Origin: Escherichia phage vB_Eco_F25
DNA: 64,000 nucleotides
Sequence record: OP870144.1
Direction: 5' to 3' (one strand)
Positions 9,232 through 18,873 of this stretch are shown in pieces. The position numbers and the translations under genes were made by a program. Position 1 is the first letter of the stretch. Every line of letters begins with the position of its first letter. The notes under the pieces were generated by a model. That model saw only the letters and a list, made by a program, of their open reading frames with translations. It ran no database searches and was not told where the DNA came from.

Positions 9232-11045
9232 TGGTGTTTAACCCTATGCATGATTTCTTTATTTTTGCCGAGATTAAATCCGCGTTCGTTCGGATTCCCC
9301 AAATAACCGCAAGTTCTTCTTATTGTGTTCATCTTTTTAGGATCAGTTTCTCCACAGATAGAACAAACAAATCCGTTTTCAGTAGGAGTCATTTCATGAG
9401 TACTTCCGCATGTAAAACATTTATCTACTGGCATATTAACACCAAAATAATCTAAATGTTGTGCAGCATAATCCCATACGGCCTCAAGACCCTTTAAGTT
9501 ATTTTTCATATCAGGAAGTTCAACATAAGAAATGTGACCACCTGTCGCAATGAAATGATATGGCGCTTCACGAGAAATCTTTTCAAACGGAGTAACATTT
9601 TCTTCTACTGAAACGTGGAAACTGTTAGTGTACCAGCCTTTATCGGTAACATCTTTTACACTTCCATATTTTTCGGTATCGAGTTTACAGAAGCGATAAC
9701 AAAGGTTTTCAGCAGGAGTAGAATACAAGCTAAAAGCAAATCCGGTTCTTTCAGTCCACTGCTTAAGATGAGCATTCATTTTAGTTAAAATTTCTTGTCC
9801 AATGTCACGACCGACAAGAATATTCAATTCATGAATACCAATGTATCCTAAAGACACTGAACTTCTACCGTTTTTAAATAACTCAATTATGTCGTCATCA
9901 GGTTTAAGACGAACCCCGAATGCACCTTCTTGGTAAAGAATAGGAGCAACAGTCGCTTTAACTCCTTTTAAGGAACTAATTCTACACATCAATGCTTCAA
10001 AACATAAATCCATTCGTTCATTGAATAATTCAACAAATTTCTGTTCATTGAACTGTGTTCCAATATAAGAATCTAACGCAATGCGAGGAAGATTTAGTGT
10101 TACAACGCCAAGATTATTACGTCCATCAAGAATTTCATTACCAGTCGAATCTTTCCATACACTCAAGAAACTGCGGCAACCCATTGGAGAAACAGGAATA
10201 GATGAGCCGGTGATAGCTTTATTGTTCTTAGCTGAAATAATATCAGGATACATTCTTTTGCTTGCGCACTCTAGAGCAAGCTGTTTAATATCATAGTTCG
10301 GATCGTCTTTATAAAGATTAACACCTTCTTCAACAAACATAACAAGCTTAGGGAAAATAGGAGTTATCCCATCACGACCAAGACCGTTAATACGATTTTT
10401 CAGAATTGCTTTCTGAATCATTCGTTCAGTCCAGTCAGTTCCCGTACCAAATGTAATTGTTACAAAAGGCGTTTGTCCGTTTGAACTAAAGAGAGTATTT
10501 ACTTCATATTCATAAGCTTGGAATGCATCGTATACATCTTTTTCTGTTTTAGATTGAGCATAATTCAACGCATCAGCGATTTGCCATTTTTCTGCATCCT
10601 CAATATGTTTTGCATAGGTGCGTTTAACATAAGGAGAAAGTACTTTATCTACATTAGCAAAAGTCGTTCCGCCGTATTGATGGGAAGCAACCTGTGCAGT
10701 AATTTGTGCCATAATTGCAGTAGCAACTCCAATTGATTTAGGAGTTTCAATCTGTGCATTACCAAGCTTAAATCCGTTCTCAAGCATTCCTTTTAAATCT
10801 ACTAAACAACAATTAGTAAATGGAAGAGCAGGGGAATAATCAATATCGTGGAAATGAATAATTCCGCTTTCATGCGCTTTCATAATAAAAGACGGGACCA
10901 TATTTTTGGCAATGTGTTTAGACACAATACCAGCCATAAGGTCCCGTTGAGTTGGAAAAACACGAGAATCTTTATTAGCATTCTCGTTTAAAAGGTCTTT
11001 ATTAGTTTTATGAATCAATCCTTCAATTTCTTTTTCAATTGTCAT
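9228..11045 (-). CDS. nrdD: anaerobic ribonucleoside-triphosphate reductase (glycyl radical enzyme), uninterrupted
   Basis: 605-aa continuous ORF; C-terminal glycyl radical motif RRTCGYLG; no intron present. Confidence 0.9.
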   Translation of the reverse strand: MTIEKEIEGLIHKTNKDLLNENANKDSRVFPTQRDLMAGIVSKHIAKNMVPSFIMKAHESGIIHFHDIDYSPALPFTNCCLVDLKGMLENGFKLGNAQIETPKSIGVATAIMAQITAQVASHQYGGTTFANVDKVLSPYVKRTYAKHIEDAEKWQIADALNYAQSKTEKDVYDAFQAYEYEVNTLFSSNGQTPFVTITFGTGTDWTERMIQKAILKNRINGLGRDGITPIFPKLVMFVEEGVNLYKDDPNYDIKQLALECASKRMYPDIISAKNNKAITGSSIPVSPMGCRSFLSVWKDSTGNEILDGRNNLGVVTLNLPRIALDSYIGTQFNEQKFVELFNERMDLCFEALMCRISSLKGVKATVAPILYQEGAFGVRLKPDDDIIELFKNGRSSVSLGYIGIHELNILVGRDIGQEILTKMNAHLKQWTERTGFAFSLYSTPAENLCYRFCKLDTEKYGSVKDVTDKGWYTNSFHVSVEENVTPFEKISREAPYHFIATGGHISYVELPDMKNNLKGLEAVWDYAAQHLDYFGVNMPVDKCFTCGSTHEMTPTENGFVCSICGETDPKKMNTIRRTCGYLGNPNERGFNLGKNKEIMHRVKHQ

Positions 11046-11515
11046 TTTAAACTCTTTCTAAGCTGCTTCTTAAATGAAGCTATTAACTGTGTTTTGGTGT
11101 CAGATTCATTATATTCAAATCCTCTTTGAAGCATCTCAGCCATCATTTCCTCTTTTCCTAAACGAGAAAATTCCTTTGATTTATCTCCAACAAAGTTAGG
11201 GTGAATATTATTTTGGGTGTAATCGGATTTTAAGTAAGTAAGTAAATTTTCTAACCATTCAAGATAATCAACCCCTTGTCCCTTTAAGCCAGAACGATTA
11301 AATTTATGTTTCATTTGACCTTCTGCGGCATTGCAGAGATTACAAAGCAATCCACGCACCTTTCCTGCTTTTGGTCCATTTAATTCATGGTCATGGTCGA
11401 GGTGATTAGCTTGAACATCAGGATTTAGTTCTCGTTGGCAAATTAAGCATTTACCGTTTTGTGCATCATAAAATTTCTGTTTTTCTTCTTTATATAATTT
11501 GCCAGTCAATAACAT
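11042..11515 (-). CDS. 49: endonuclease VII (Holliday junction resolvase)
   Basis: 157 aa, same length as T4 gp49; Zn-binding CLIC...CNLC and HxxHDH motif. Confidence 0.9.
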   Translation of the reverse strand: MLLTGKLYKEEKQKFYDAQNGKCLICQRELNPDVQANHLDHDHELNGPKAGKVRGLLCNLCNAAEGQMKHKFNRSGLKGQGVDYLEWLENLLTYLKSDYTQNNIHPNFVGDKSKEFSRLGKEEMMAEMLQRGFEYNESDTKTQLIASFKKQLRKSLK

Positions 11516-11556
11516 AATAAACCCTTACCTTAAATAGATAAGGGTATTTATTATTT

Positions 11557-11733
11557 TCAAGTATTGTAAAACATTCGATGCAATCGTTTATACTGTCGAA
11601 TCATCTTTTTAGTAGGACGAGAATAGATTCCTACGCAAGTAGTCATATGAGGGTCCGTAGAATGTCCTTTAATAAAAAGTTTCCAAACCTTACCGCCATT
11701 TAACTTTTCAGTATAAACCAATTCGGTTTTCAT
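11557..11733 (-). CDS. small hypothetical protein (58 aa)
   Basis: ATG overlaps stop of upstream ORF (TAATG); below track size cutoff. Confidence 0.35.
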   Translation of the reverse strand: MKTELVYTEKLNGGKVWKLFIKGHSTDPHMTTCVGIYSRPTKKMIRQYKRLHRMFYNT

Positions 11734-12197
11734 TAAAATGCCCTGTCAGAAAAAGAATTTTGAGTTTCAAGCCATTCAATGTACTCTGCGGCAGCTTGCA
11801 TCAGGTTACCTTCATAGCCATCGTTATTTTCTTGTGCAGCTAATTTAGCTAATGCGTATGAAATACGTTCACCTTGAAAATCGGCTTTAGGCTTCTGAAC
11901 AACTTGATTAGTTCGCTCTACAACTTCTTCAATTTCGCCATTTTCGACTGATTCAGTATTCCACAAACACCAATACGTAATTGGCTTATCATAGATGTTA
12001 ATAATCTTTCCGTCGGAAAGTTCAATTTCAATAATTCCAGTATCAGGCTCTATATCATCTTCACATTCTTTTGCAAGTTCACGAACTTTAAAGACAGCAC
12101 CTGCACTAAGTTCCGGCCAGTAATTACACAGTCCTGTATCAGCACGATTAATTCTAAACCACTTATCTACTGTAATCATGTCCCATCTCCATATCAA
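11733..12197 (-). CDS. hypothetical acidic protein (154 aa)
   Basis: ORF in the position of T4 49.x/pin genes; identity not resolved. Confidence 0.55.
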   Translation of the reverse strand: MIWRWDMITVDKWFRINRADTGLCNYWPELSAGAVFKVRELAKECEDDIEPDTGIIEIELSDGKIINIYDKPITYWCLWNTESVENGEIEEVVERTNQVVQKPKADFQGERISYALAKLAAQENNDGYEGNLMQAAAEYIEWLETQNSFSDRAF

Positions 12198-12301
12198 TTA
12201 AGTCATTTATCGTTGGTTCATTATATACTGTTTCTTCATCAGTGTAAACCGGTTCTTCCAGCTCTGGCTCTACAGTTTCCCATCTAGCCGCCCACCAGGG
12301 T

Positions 12302-12496
12302 TTAACCCCGAAGCTTATTAAGTTCTTCATAATCAATCCAGGATTCTAATCCTGATGGCAAATCAGATTCAATTTCCCAAAGAAGCTCTTCAATTTTCTG
12401 AAGACGATCTAGTTCTTCAGCTGGAATAGTAACCATTGATGGAGTTCTTGATACACTAATATCGTAAATCATATTTACCCCAGTTTGACCATGCAA
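12302..12496 (-). CDS. hypothetical small acidic protein
   Basis: ORF; likely start at internal ATG 12472. Confidence 0.4.
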   Translation of the reverse strand: MHGQTGVNMIYDISVSRTPSMVTIPAEELDRLQKIEELLWEIESDLPSGLESWIDYEELNKLRG

Positions 12497-12690
12497 TCAC
12501 CGTATTTCCACTTAGAAATAGACTTTTCACCATTAGAATAATAAACTTCGAGTTTAGCACGGTTATTTTTAATTTGAATAACCTTTGCTGTCATCAAAGT
12601 TCCATACCCATAGTAAACTGCAACTTCATCACCTACATATACCGCGCTTCCACGATAATCATGGATATAATCAGTTCCTTCGAGCATCAT
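12475..12690 (-). CDS. hypothetical protein (71 aa)
   Basis: ORF; stop overlaps nrdC-side neighbour. Confidence 0.45.
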   Translation of the reverse strand: MMLEGTDYIHDYRGSAVYVGDEVAVYYGYGTLMTAKVIQIKNNRAKLEVYYSNGEKSISKWKYGDCMVKLG

Positions 12691-12950
12691 TTAAAGTATT
12701 CCCGCAATTGGTCAAATCCACCAATATGACTTCCATCAGGAGCAAATACCTGAGGCATTGTCAAGCCGATTTGAGTATCACGACCTAGTTTCGTCAGAAG
12801 CTCAGCGATTTTCTCATCATCAAAAACACCTTTTTCCGGCATAATGTTGATAAATTCAAATGGCTGTTTCTTCACGGTCAAAAGACGTTTTGCATTATCG
12901 CAATACACGCATTTATGGATGTTGCTATCATAACCATATACTTTAAACAT
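12687..12950 (-). CDS. nrdC: thioredoxin/glutaredoxin NrdC
   Basis: 87 aa, same length as T4 NrdC; active site CVYC; N-terminus MFKVYGYDSNIHKCVYCDNAKRLL. Confidence 0.9.
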   Translation of the reverse strand: MFKVYGYDSNIHKCVYCDNAKRLLTVKKQPFEFINIMPEKGVFDDEKIAELLTKLGRDTQIGLTMPQVFAPDGSHIGGFDQLREYFK

Positions 12951-12951
12951 A

Positions 12952-13209
12952 TTATTCCTTAATTCCTAGTACTCGTTTAAAAGTCTCGTCGTAATCAAGA
13001 CTTTGGCCCGTTTGTTCTTTATGTTTGTATATAATATCACTTACTTCTGATAGCATATTTTTATATGAACGAGTTAAAGCTGATTTAAGCACGCTGTATC
13101 TATCAGGAAATTTACCATGTTCATTATAATAAGCTATTGCTAATTCACGGACTGCCTTTTCAGCAGTCTCCATATATTCTTTACGCTTTGTCATTTTCTT
13201 CTCGGTCAA
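12952..13209 (-). CDS. hypothetical protein (start uncertain)
   Basis: 85-aa track ORF; internal ATGs at 13194 and 13173 reduce overlap. Confidence 0.45.
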   Translation of the reverse strand: MTEKKMTKRKEYMETAEKAVRELAIAYYNEHGKFPDRYSVLKSALTRSYKNMLSEVSDIIYKHKEQTGQSLDYDETFKRVLGIKE

Positions 13210-13495
13210 ATCGGTGTTTACAATGGCGACATTTATAACGAAGATTATTAGTCTGCCAATGGACTAATTGCACCTGTTCAGTTCCACACTCAGGGCAATT
13301 AGGAACGTTTTTAGAAGCCCTTTCGCGACGTTCAACCATGACCATTACAGAATCCCAATTAATAGGGCTGCTATAATCATCACAACCGTGAATCTTTCCA
13401 CGCATTTCCAGATCGTCTTCTTCACCAGCCATAATAATTTTAATTAGACTAGAATTACTTGAAGCTGCAATGTCTTCTAATAGACGCTTTTTCAT
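13181..13495 (-). CDS. zinc-ribbon protein
   Basis: CPECG...CRHCKHRF four-Cys motif; ATG overlaps upstream stop. Confidence 0.5.
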   Translation of the reverse strand: MKKRLLEDIAASSNSSLIKIIMAGEEDDLEMRGKIHGCDDYSSPINWDSVMVMVERRERASKNVPNCPECGTEQVQLVHWQTNNLRYKCRHCKHRFDREENDKA

Positions 13496-14421
13496 TTCAA
13501 TACCTCAATAGCATTACGTAAACCATTTGCTTTTGCATTAAGAGCTTTTAACAATTTGGTGTGTTCTGCAATTTGGGCTTCAACTTCAATCAAACGAGCA
13601 TTGAGATATTCACGTTCTTCGCTCAAGTTATCAACCTTTTCTACTTTAGGTTCTTTTACAACTGGCTTATACGTATTAGGGTTCTTCAGTTTAATTAGAA
13701 TGCGTGAACTGTATAACATTGAACCATTATCTTCGGTTTCATCATACATTTCCACTACATCCATGATTTTTAACATCATGCGGAGTTTATAAGACAACGA
13801 ACGAATAGTTTTATTGTGCTTATTAATTTCTCTAGCTGTCATGGTGCCGAGATTACGTGAGTAATAATAAGGAACCTGGATATTAATTAATACTGATGAA
13901 CCTCCTGGCTTGTGTGTTACTTCATCAGCAATAACCCAGTCCTTAACATGAACTGTATTTGTACGGTCATCGCCCGCGGTAAATAGTTTGCGAGCATGCT
14001 TAAAAAGCATATTCACTTGGTCATTGAATTGACAAGCAAATTTATCAGCAAATTTAGTTTCAGGAATGGTAGATAACCAATCAGCCAAGTGGGTCTTTTT
14101 AACATCGTTAACAATAGTAAATTCAACCAAATCGGTTATAGATGTCGCAGTTTTAATGAATCTCGGCTTCATAAAGTTTTTAATGTTATCACTAGCTACA
14201 GTAGAAGATAACATACGAGAACGTTTAAACCATTCAAGCAAATTGCCTAACGAATGAGAATAAGCGTTTTGAGTATCTTTACAGATATGATTTTCCTGGC
14301 CAACATATTGAAGGAAATCACGAAGAATATTATTGATTACTGCTCTGTGTCCGATCTGATAATTACGGTGTTTAGTAATAAGACTATCAAAATAATCAAT
14401 ATAATGTTTACGAGTTTTCAT
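13492..14421 (-). CDS. hypothetical protein with C-terminal coiled coil (309 aa)
   Basis: ATG-initiated ORF; C-terminal ~45 aa heptad-rich (EEREYLNARLIEVEAQIAEHTKLLKALNAKANGL). Confidence 0.6.
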   Translation of the reverse strand: MKTRKHYIDYFDSLITKHRNYQIGHRAVINNILRDFLQYVGQENHICKDTQNAYSHSLGNLLEWFKRSRMLSSTVASDNIKNFMKPRFIKTATSITDLVEFTIVNDVKKTHLADWLSTIPETKFADKFACQFNDQVNMLFKHARKLFTAGDDRTNTVHVKDWVIADEVTHKPGGSSVLINIQVPYYYSRNLGTMTAREINKHNKTIRSLSYKLRMMLKIMDVVEMYDETEDNGSMLYSSRILIKLKNPNTYKPVVKEPKVEKVDNLSEEREYLNARLIEVEAQIAEHTKLLKALNAKANGLRNAIEVLK

Positions 14422-14473
14422 GTTCTTCTCACTTGGTTAATGATTTATACTCCGAGCCATCCTTGGCTTTAAA

Positions 14474-15475
14474 TTACTTAATTAACTGTAAAGCTTGTTC
14501 AAGACGATCCAGGCGATTAGCAGATTCTTCCCAAATCCTTTTAGCCTGCTCATATTCTTTCTGCGCTTTATTAGAAATTTCTAGAGCTTCTTTATAAGCT
14601 TTTTCTAATGCAATAACTTCTGGACGAATTTCTACCGATTCAGGCGAATCGTCAAGACATTCCATTAGTTCCTCAAGGGTAGTTTCTTCTTTAGGAGTAT
14701 TCACAATTTCATCACATTTTTGTTGATAAATTTCTTTATCAGTAGGCGAATATGCACATTTCACTTCACGAAGACTAATTACAATTTTATATCCTTCCCA
14801 GCCGCACATATTCTTAAAAGGATATGTATGAATATTTTCTACTGTTTCCATACAAAGTAATGCGGTCTCTAATTGACGAGTTATAGTGCTAGCAATTGAG
14901 AAAAATTTATTAATGTTCTTTTGATTAGCTTCTGGTGTAAAAAATTCATAATTCACAAAAATAGCTACTTTATTTTTATCAAGTTCATATTCTTTTATGA
15001 TAATCATATCAGAAGCCAAAGGATGAATTTGACGATAATCGCCATAACATAATTTAGAAGCTGATTTTAGAATTTGTCCTCTGAAAAGTCTGAAATTACT
15101 AATCCAACGACGAGTAAAAATATTCTCAGGGTCTTCTTTGACATTAAGATGATAAGAATTAACATCACCGAACCAATTATATCCTACTACATCTTTGGTT
15201 CGTTTAATTTCTTTCCCAAAATTACCAAGAATATCCCGATTAACCAAATATGAAAGAAGACGAGACTCTTTAAAGGTTTTCTTGATAACATCTTTATCTA
15301 CACGGCTAGAAATTTTACGAATTTCATGAATAAATTTAGCAGAAGAAACAATACCTGCATCAACACTATTGAGCCACTGATTGATAATAGAAAGAACGCT
15401 ATTTTGGCCAAACATCGGTATAGCTTTATCATCAATAACGCTATTGAATGATTTGATATATTCGTTGCGAGTCAT
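14474..15475 (-). CDS. hypothetical protein with C-terminal coiled coil (333 aa)
   Basis: ATG at 15475 (MTRNEYIKSF); C-terminal coiled coil KAYKEALEISNKAQKEYEQAKRIWEESANRLDRLEQALQLIK. Confidence 0.6.
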   Translation of the reverse strand: MTRNEYIKSFNSVIDDKAIPMFGQNSVLSIINQWLNSVDAGIVSSAKFIHEIRKISSRVDKDVIKKTFKESRLLSYLVNRDILGNFGKEIKRTKDVVGYNWFGDVNSYHLNVKEDPENIFTRRWISNFRLFRGQILKSASKLCYGDYRQIHPLASDMIIIKEYELDKNKVAIFVNYEFFTPEANQKNINKFFSIASTITRQLETALLCMETVENIHTYPFKNMCGWEGYKIVISLREVKCAYSPTDKEIYQQKCDEIVNTPKEETTLEELMECLDDSPESVEIRPEVIALEKAYKEALEISNKAQKEYEQAKRIWEESANRLDRLEQALQLIK

Positions 15476-15532
15476 AATAATCTCCTCAGTAGAAAGTAAG
15501 AACATTATACCACATCCTTGTGGCAAAGTAAA

Positions 15533-16537
15533 CTAATTTAGTGCATTTAATGCATTGTTCAGTTTAGAACGTTGCTTTGTCAGATTTTGAACCCTTGACT
15601 GAGCTTGTTCTAACACCTTTTCAGCTTCTAGCATTTCATTGGTTGCTTTAACTAATTCATCATCTACTGCCTTGATAGACTTCTCAATAGCCTCGGCATG
15701 CCATTTTTCGACAGGTTTAAAATTTGAATTTTCAGTAGGAAGAAAACTCACTTTATTAAGTTTACATGCATCTATATTGCTTGAGCTATACATCCAAAAT
15801 TTAGAATCGTTTGATGAGTAGTTATCTTGCACTTCCTGCTTTTTCTCTTGCGGGACTTCGTCCTTTCTCAAAAAATCGTATTTAAATGAAACGATCATAT
15901 CAAGTTCATATGTTGTTGTGTCTAATTTAAATCGCTCAAAACGAGGTAAAATCTTAGACTGAACAGCGGAAACAACATCCATATACTTAAATGCTTCTGT
16001 CAACTGCGATTTAAGGCATTCGCAAATTGAAAGAGAATTTTTTGTATTAGGTTTAAAGCTAATTCGTGCAGTTCTGTTATTTTCTTTTAATGGTCTTACT
16101 TCCATCTGAAGAGTATAACCATCAAATTTCAGGTTCTTTAAGTTAATGTCAGAACCTTTTAATCGACTAGCCGTCGACAAAATTTGCTTTAATTGTTTAC
16201 GGAATAGAGCAATAAATCTCCATTCAATACGATAATGATTTGGATTAAAAAATCCAGATGATAAATCAACCTTACTCTGACCAACGCCTTGAACAAATAG
16301 AGGATTTTTATAATCAATAGTTTTACAGAAATCGGTGAGCTGCTCACGAGCCGTCATTTGTGTAATATACCCCGCTTTACTAAAATGACGTAACCATTCA
16401 CTGCTATTCATATATTTAAAGTGAATATCACGATTAACTTTATCAGGGTCTAAATTATTTTGGCACAAAAATGTCATAACATCACGAGTATAACTGGCAT
16501 TACGAACCATATCTTCAATTTGAGAACGAGTTTTCAT
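15533..16537 (-). CDS. hypothetical protein with C-terminal coiled coil (334 aa)
   Basis: ATG start MKTRSQIED; C-terminal coiled coil LVKATNEMLEAEKVLEQAQSRVQNLTKQRSKLNNALNALN. Confidence 0.6.
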   Translation of the reverse strand: MKTRSQIEDMVRNASYTRDVMTFLCQNNLDPDKVNRDIHFKYMNSSEWLRHFSKAGYITQMTAREQLTDFCKTIDYKNPLFVQGVGQSKVDLSSGFFNPNHYRIEWRFIALFRKQLKQILSTASRLKGSDINLKNLKFDGYTLQMEVRPLKENNRTARISFKPNTKNSLSICECLKSQLTEAFKYMDVVSAVQSKILPRFERFKLDTTTYELDMIVSFKYDFLRKDEVPQEKKQEVQDNYSSNDSKFWMYSSSNIDACKLNKVSFLPTENSNFKPVEKWHAEAIEKSIKAVDDELVKATNEMLEAEKVLEQAQSRVQNLTKQRSKLNNALNALN

Positions 16538-16545
16538 GGTGTTCC

Positions 16546-17436
16546 TTAAGATTTAAGTAAATCGACAATTTTAATTAACTTTTCACGCTCAGATTTAGCT
16601 TTACTACTCAGTCCAGATAGTCTGAAAATTTCATCATCATATTGTTGAATAGAAATATTTAGCTCTTCAATCTGTTTATTAAAATAATCAATTTGTTCAG
16701 AATGTTTTTCGTTACTACGAAATGGTACAGGTTTTGTAGGCAATTTAGTTGAACTGGATTCATCCGGGCGATAAATTAAAATGCAATTTGAACCAATCGG
16801 ACATTTAGCACCAGATGAATATTCTAATGTTCCGGCTTCTTTTAAAACTTCAAAAGCTAAACAGAGATGATGCCCCATATTAACATAATCTGTAGAGCGA
16901 GCTCTGATGTAATAATCATCGCCACGAATACTAAATTTAAAGCATTTAAGGTCTTCTGTATTATTAGTTTTAAAAATCATTTGTTTATCTAGACCTTTAG
17001 CCAATCGAGCACCTAATGCTAATAATCGTCGTTGATTTTCCCGCAAATCCGCAATCATTTGGTCGAATGATAATTTCGGCATTAGTCGGCCATAAAGGTC
17101 ATATCCTTTATTATAATTACGAAGGATTTCACTCGCGTTAATACGAGACAACGCTCCAATTTTATTAAGGGCTTTCATAATGCGATTAGATAAACTCATT
17201 CCAGACCCATTTGTTCGCTGTAAATGTTTTTCTAATCCAAACCCAATATCAACTTTAAATTTATCTAAAATTTCGGTGTGAACGTCTCTGTCAATAGCAT
17301 TCAAATCCAAAGTTGGGTTAAATCTATGAAAAAATTTATCTGGCTCTCCACGACGAAGTACAGTCCATTCATTCATCATTTTTTTATTAACTAAAGATTT
17401 AATTACTGCATTGACATTATTAATTGCTACTGACAT
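16546..17436 (-). CDS. hypothetical protein with C-terminal coiled coil (296 aa)
   Basis: ATG at 17436 with SD GAGGA; C-terminal heptad-rich tail. Confidence 0.6.
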   Translation of the reverse strand: MSVAINNVNAVIKSLVNKKMMNEWTVLRRGEPDKFFHRFNPTLDLNAIDRDVHTEILDKFKVDIGFGLEKHLQRTNGSGMSLSNRIMKALNKIGALSRINASEILRNYNKGYDLYGRLMPKLSFDQMIADLRENQRRLLALGARLAKGLDKQMIFKTNNTEDLKCFKFSIRGDDYYIRARSTDYVNMGHHLCLAFEVLKEAGTLEYSSGAKCPIGSNCILIYRPDESSSTKLPTKPVPFRSNEKHSEQIDYFNKQIEELNISIQQYDDEIFRLSGLSSKAKSEREKLIKIVDLLKS

Positions 17437-17443
17437 ATTTTCC

Positions 17444-17845
17444 TCACTCAATTTTACCAATTACGCGGAATAAGATTGAACAGACTATATAAGTACCACA
17501 TATAGATTGAACTAATGCCATTCCAAAGAACCAAACAATATTATCAAACCATGTCTGTTTTACGTCGAAAGGACGTAAACTTACAGTAATATTATCACCT
17601 TTTTCTATTGAAGAATACATCTCTGGGGAAATATATTCACTAAATCTATAACCGTCTTTTAGTTCATATACGGCAATAAATGATAAACTAGACCCTTTTC
17701 CTTGTGTTCCTGTAATGGTATTAACTACAGTAACATCATAATCTTTATAATGCATATAATCATTAATTGCGTAATAACCATATGCAACTACTACACATAA
17801 ACAACATATCAATAAATTCAATCTTTTAATTATCAACTGTTTCAT
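17444..17845 (-). CDS. membrane-anchored protein (133 aa)
   Basis: N-terminal hydrophobic segment LNLLICCLCVVVAYGYYAI and C-terminal TM-like segment. Confidence 0.55.
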   Translation of the reverse strand: MKQLIIKRLNLLICCLCVVVAYGYYAINDYMHYKDYDVTVVNTITGTQGKGSSLSFIAVYELKDGYRFSEYISPEMYSSIEKGDNITVSLRPFDVKQTWFDNIVWFFGMALVQSICGTYIVCSILFRVIGKIE

Positions 17846-17900
17846 AATAATCTCAATTAAAAGGGCTTAAAACCATTATACCATCCTTGGTATAAAGCGG

Positions 17901-18428
17901 TTATGCGAGTACCGTCTTTAACCGTTCTTCAAACTTCCGAAGAGTATTTTGGCGTTCAGCTCTTTGCTTTTTGTAAGTTTCAATACGCTCTGAAATGAGA
18001 GTGTATCGTTCATTTACTGATTCTTTCATAAAATCAGGAATTTCACGAGAAGCTTTAATCTCGTCAAATTTATCAATAACAGCTTGCTCTTCAGCAATTA
18101 AGTTATCATACATTAAAATATCTTTCTTGATGAACTCAATATCTTCTTGAGTTACACGAGATAATTTAGATGCTTTATCCTTTTTGTACTGTTCATTAGT
18201 ATCACGAGACCAGTGTAATGTACGATTTTTATTCGTATTCTTGTAAATTTCTACAATACCAATCTCATCAATAATAACGATCCAATTCCAACGGGATTTG
18301 TAAATTTGTCCTCCATCAACTGTGATTTCACCTCCGATTGAGATGTCATTAAAGAACTTGCTTTGTGCTTCTGATTTAAATTTACCATCGTTGTAATTTA
18401 CCAGGTTGAAAATATCTTTAGCGTTCAT
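17901..18428 (-). CDS. hypothetical protein (175 aa)
   Basis: ATG-initiated ORF with promoter-like element upstream. Confidence 0.55.
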   Translation of the reverse strand: MNAKDIFNLVNYNDGKFKSEAQSKFFNDISIGGEITVDGGQIYKSRWNWIVIIDEIGIVEIYKNTNKNRTLHWSRDTNEQYKKDKASKLSRVTQEDIEFIKKDILMYDNLIAEEQAVIDKFDEIKASREIPDFMKESVNERYTLISERIETYKKQRAERQNTLRKFEERLKTVLA

Positions 18429-18444
18429 TTTGTGTTCCTCCGTA

Positions 18445-18486
18445 GTTGATAGTTGTATAGTACCACAGAGGAACAGTCTTGTAAAC
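18445..18486 (-). promoter_or_regulatory. T4-type early promoter (sigma70 -35 GTTTAC, extended -10 TGGTACTATA)
   Basis: Minus-strand GTTTAC-N17-TGGTACTATACAACTATCAAC; one of a family of near-identical elements. Confidence 0.5.
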
Positions 18487-18488
18487 CA

Positions 18489-18803
18489 CTAAAAGAAACT
18501 TCTTTCACAATTTTTTCCACTGAACCATGCACTTACCGCTTTCTTAGTCTCAGGAGCAGTGTTATCCATAAACCATTCAAAGGCAGCCTTTTTATGATTC
18601 TGGAGGGCTTCTCGGGCTTTAATCTGCTCACGGTCTATTAACACTAACATATGAGCCTTTCTTGTCACCAGGGGCTTCTTATGATTCTTGGAGTATTCCC
18701 AGTCATTTGTCCAACGCATTGTCGTTGCGAACTGATGAACCGCGTCTTTAATTTTAGTTTCGTAAATTTCACGAGCCTTTGAGTATAACATCACTACCTC
18801 CAT
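18489..18803 (-). CDS. hypothetical protein (104 aa)
   Basis: ORF downstream of early promoter. Confidence 0.5.
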   Translation of the reverse strand: MEVVMLYSKAREIYETKIKDAVHQFATTMRWTNDWEYSKNHKKPLVTRKAHMLVLIDREQIKAREALQNHKKAAFEWFMDNTAPETKKAVSAWFSGKNCERSFF

Positions 18804-18873
18804 TTACCAGTTTAATTCTAGTCATCTTTTTGATGGCAGTCCATATAATCTATTTCTGAACTGCCTTTTTGTC

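Noticed and set aside
9228-11045. Possible group I intron in nrdD
   Set aside because: The ORF is continuous at 605 codons and no intron-like non-coding insertion is present.
11521-11548. Hairpin upstream of gene 49 as a terminator
   Set aside because: Long 11-nt loop and no U-tract; more likely mRNA secondary structure or a regulatory element than a terminator.
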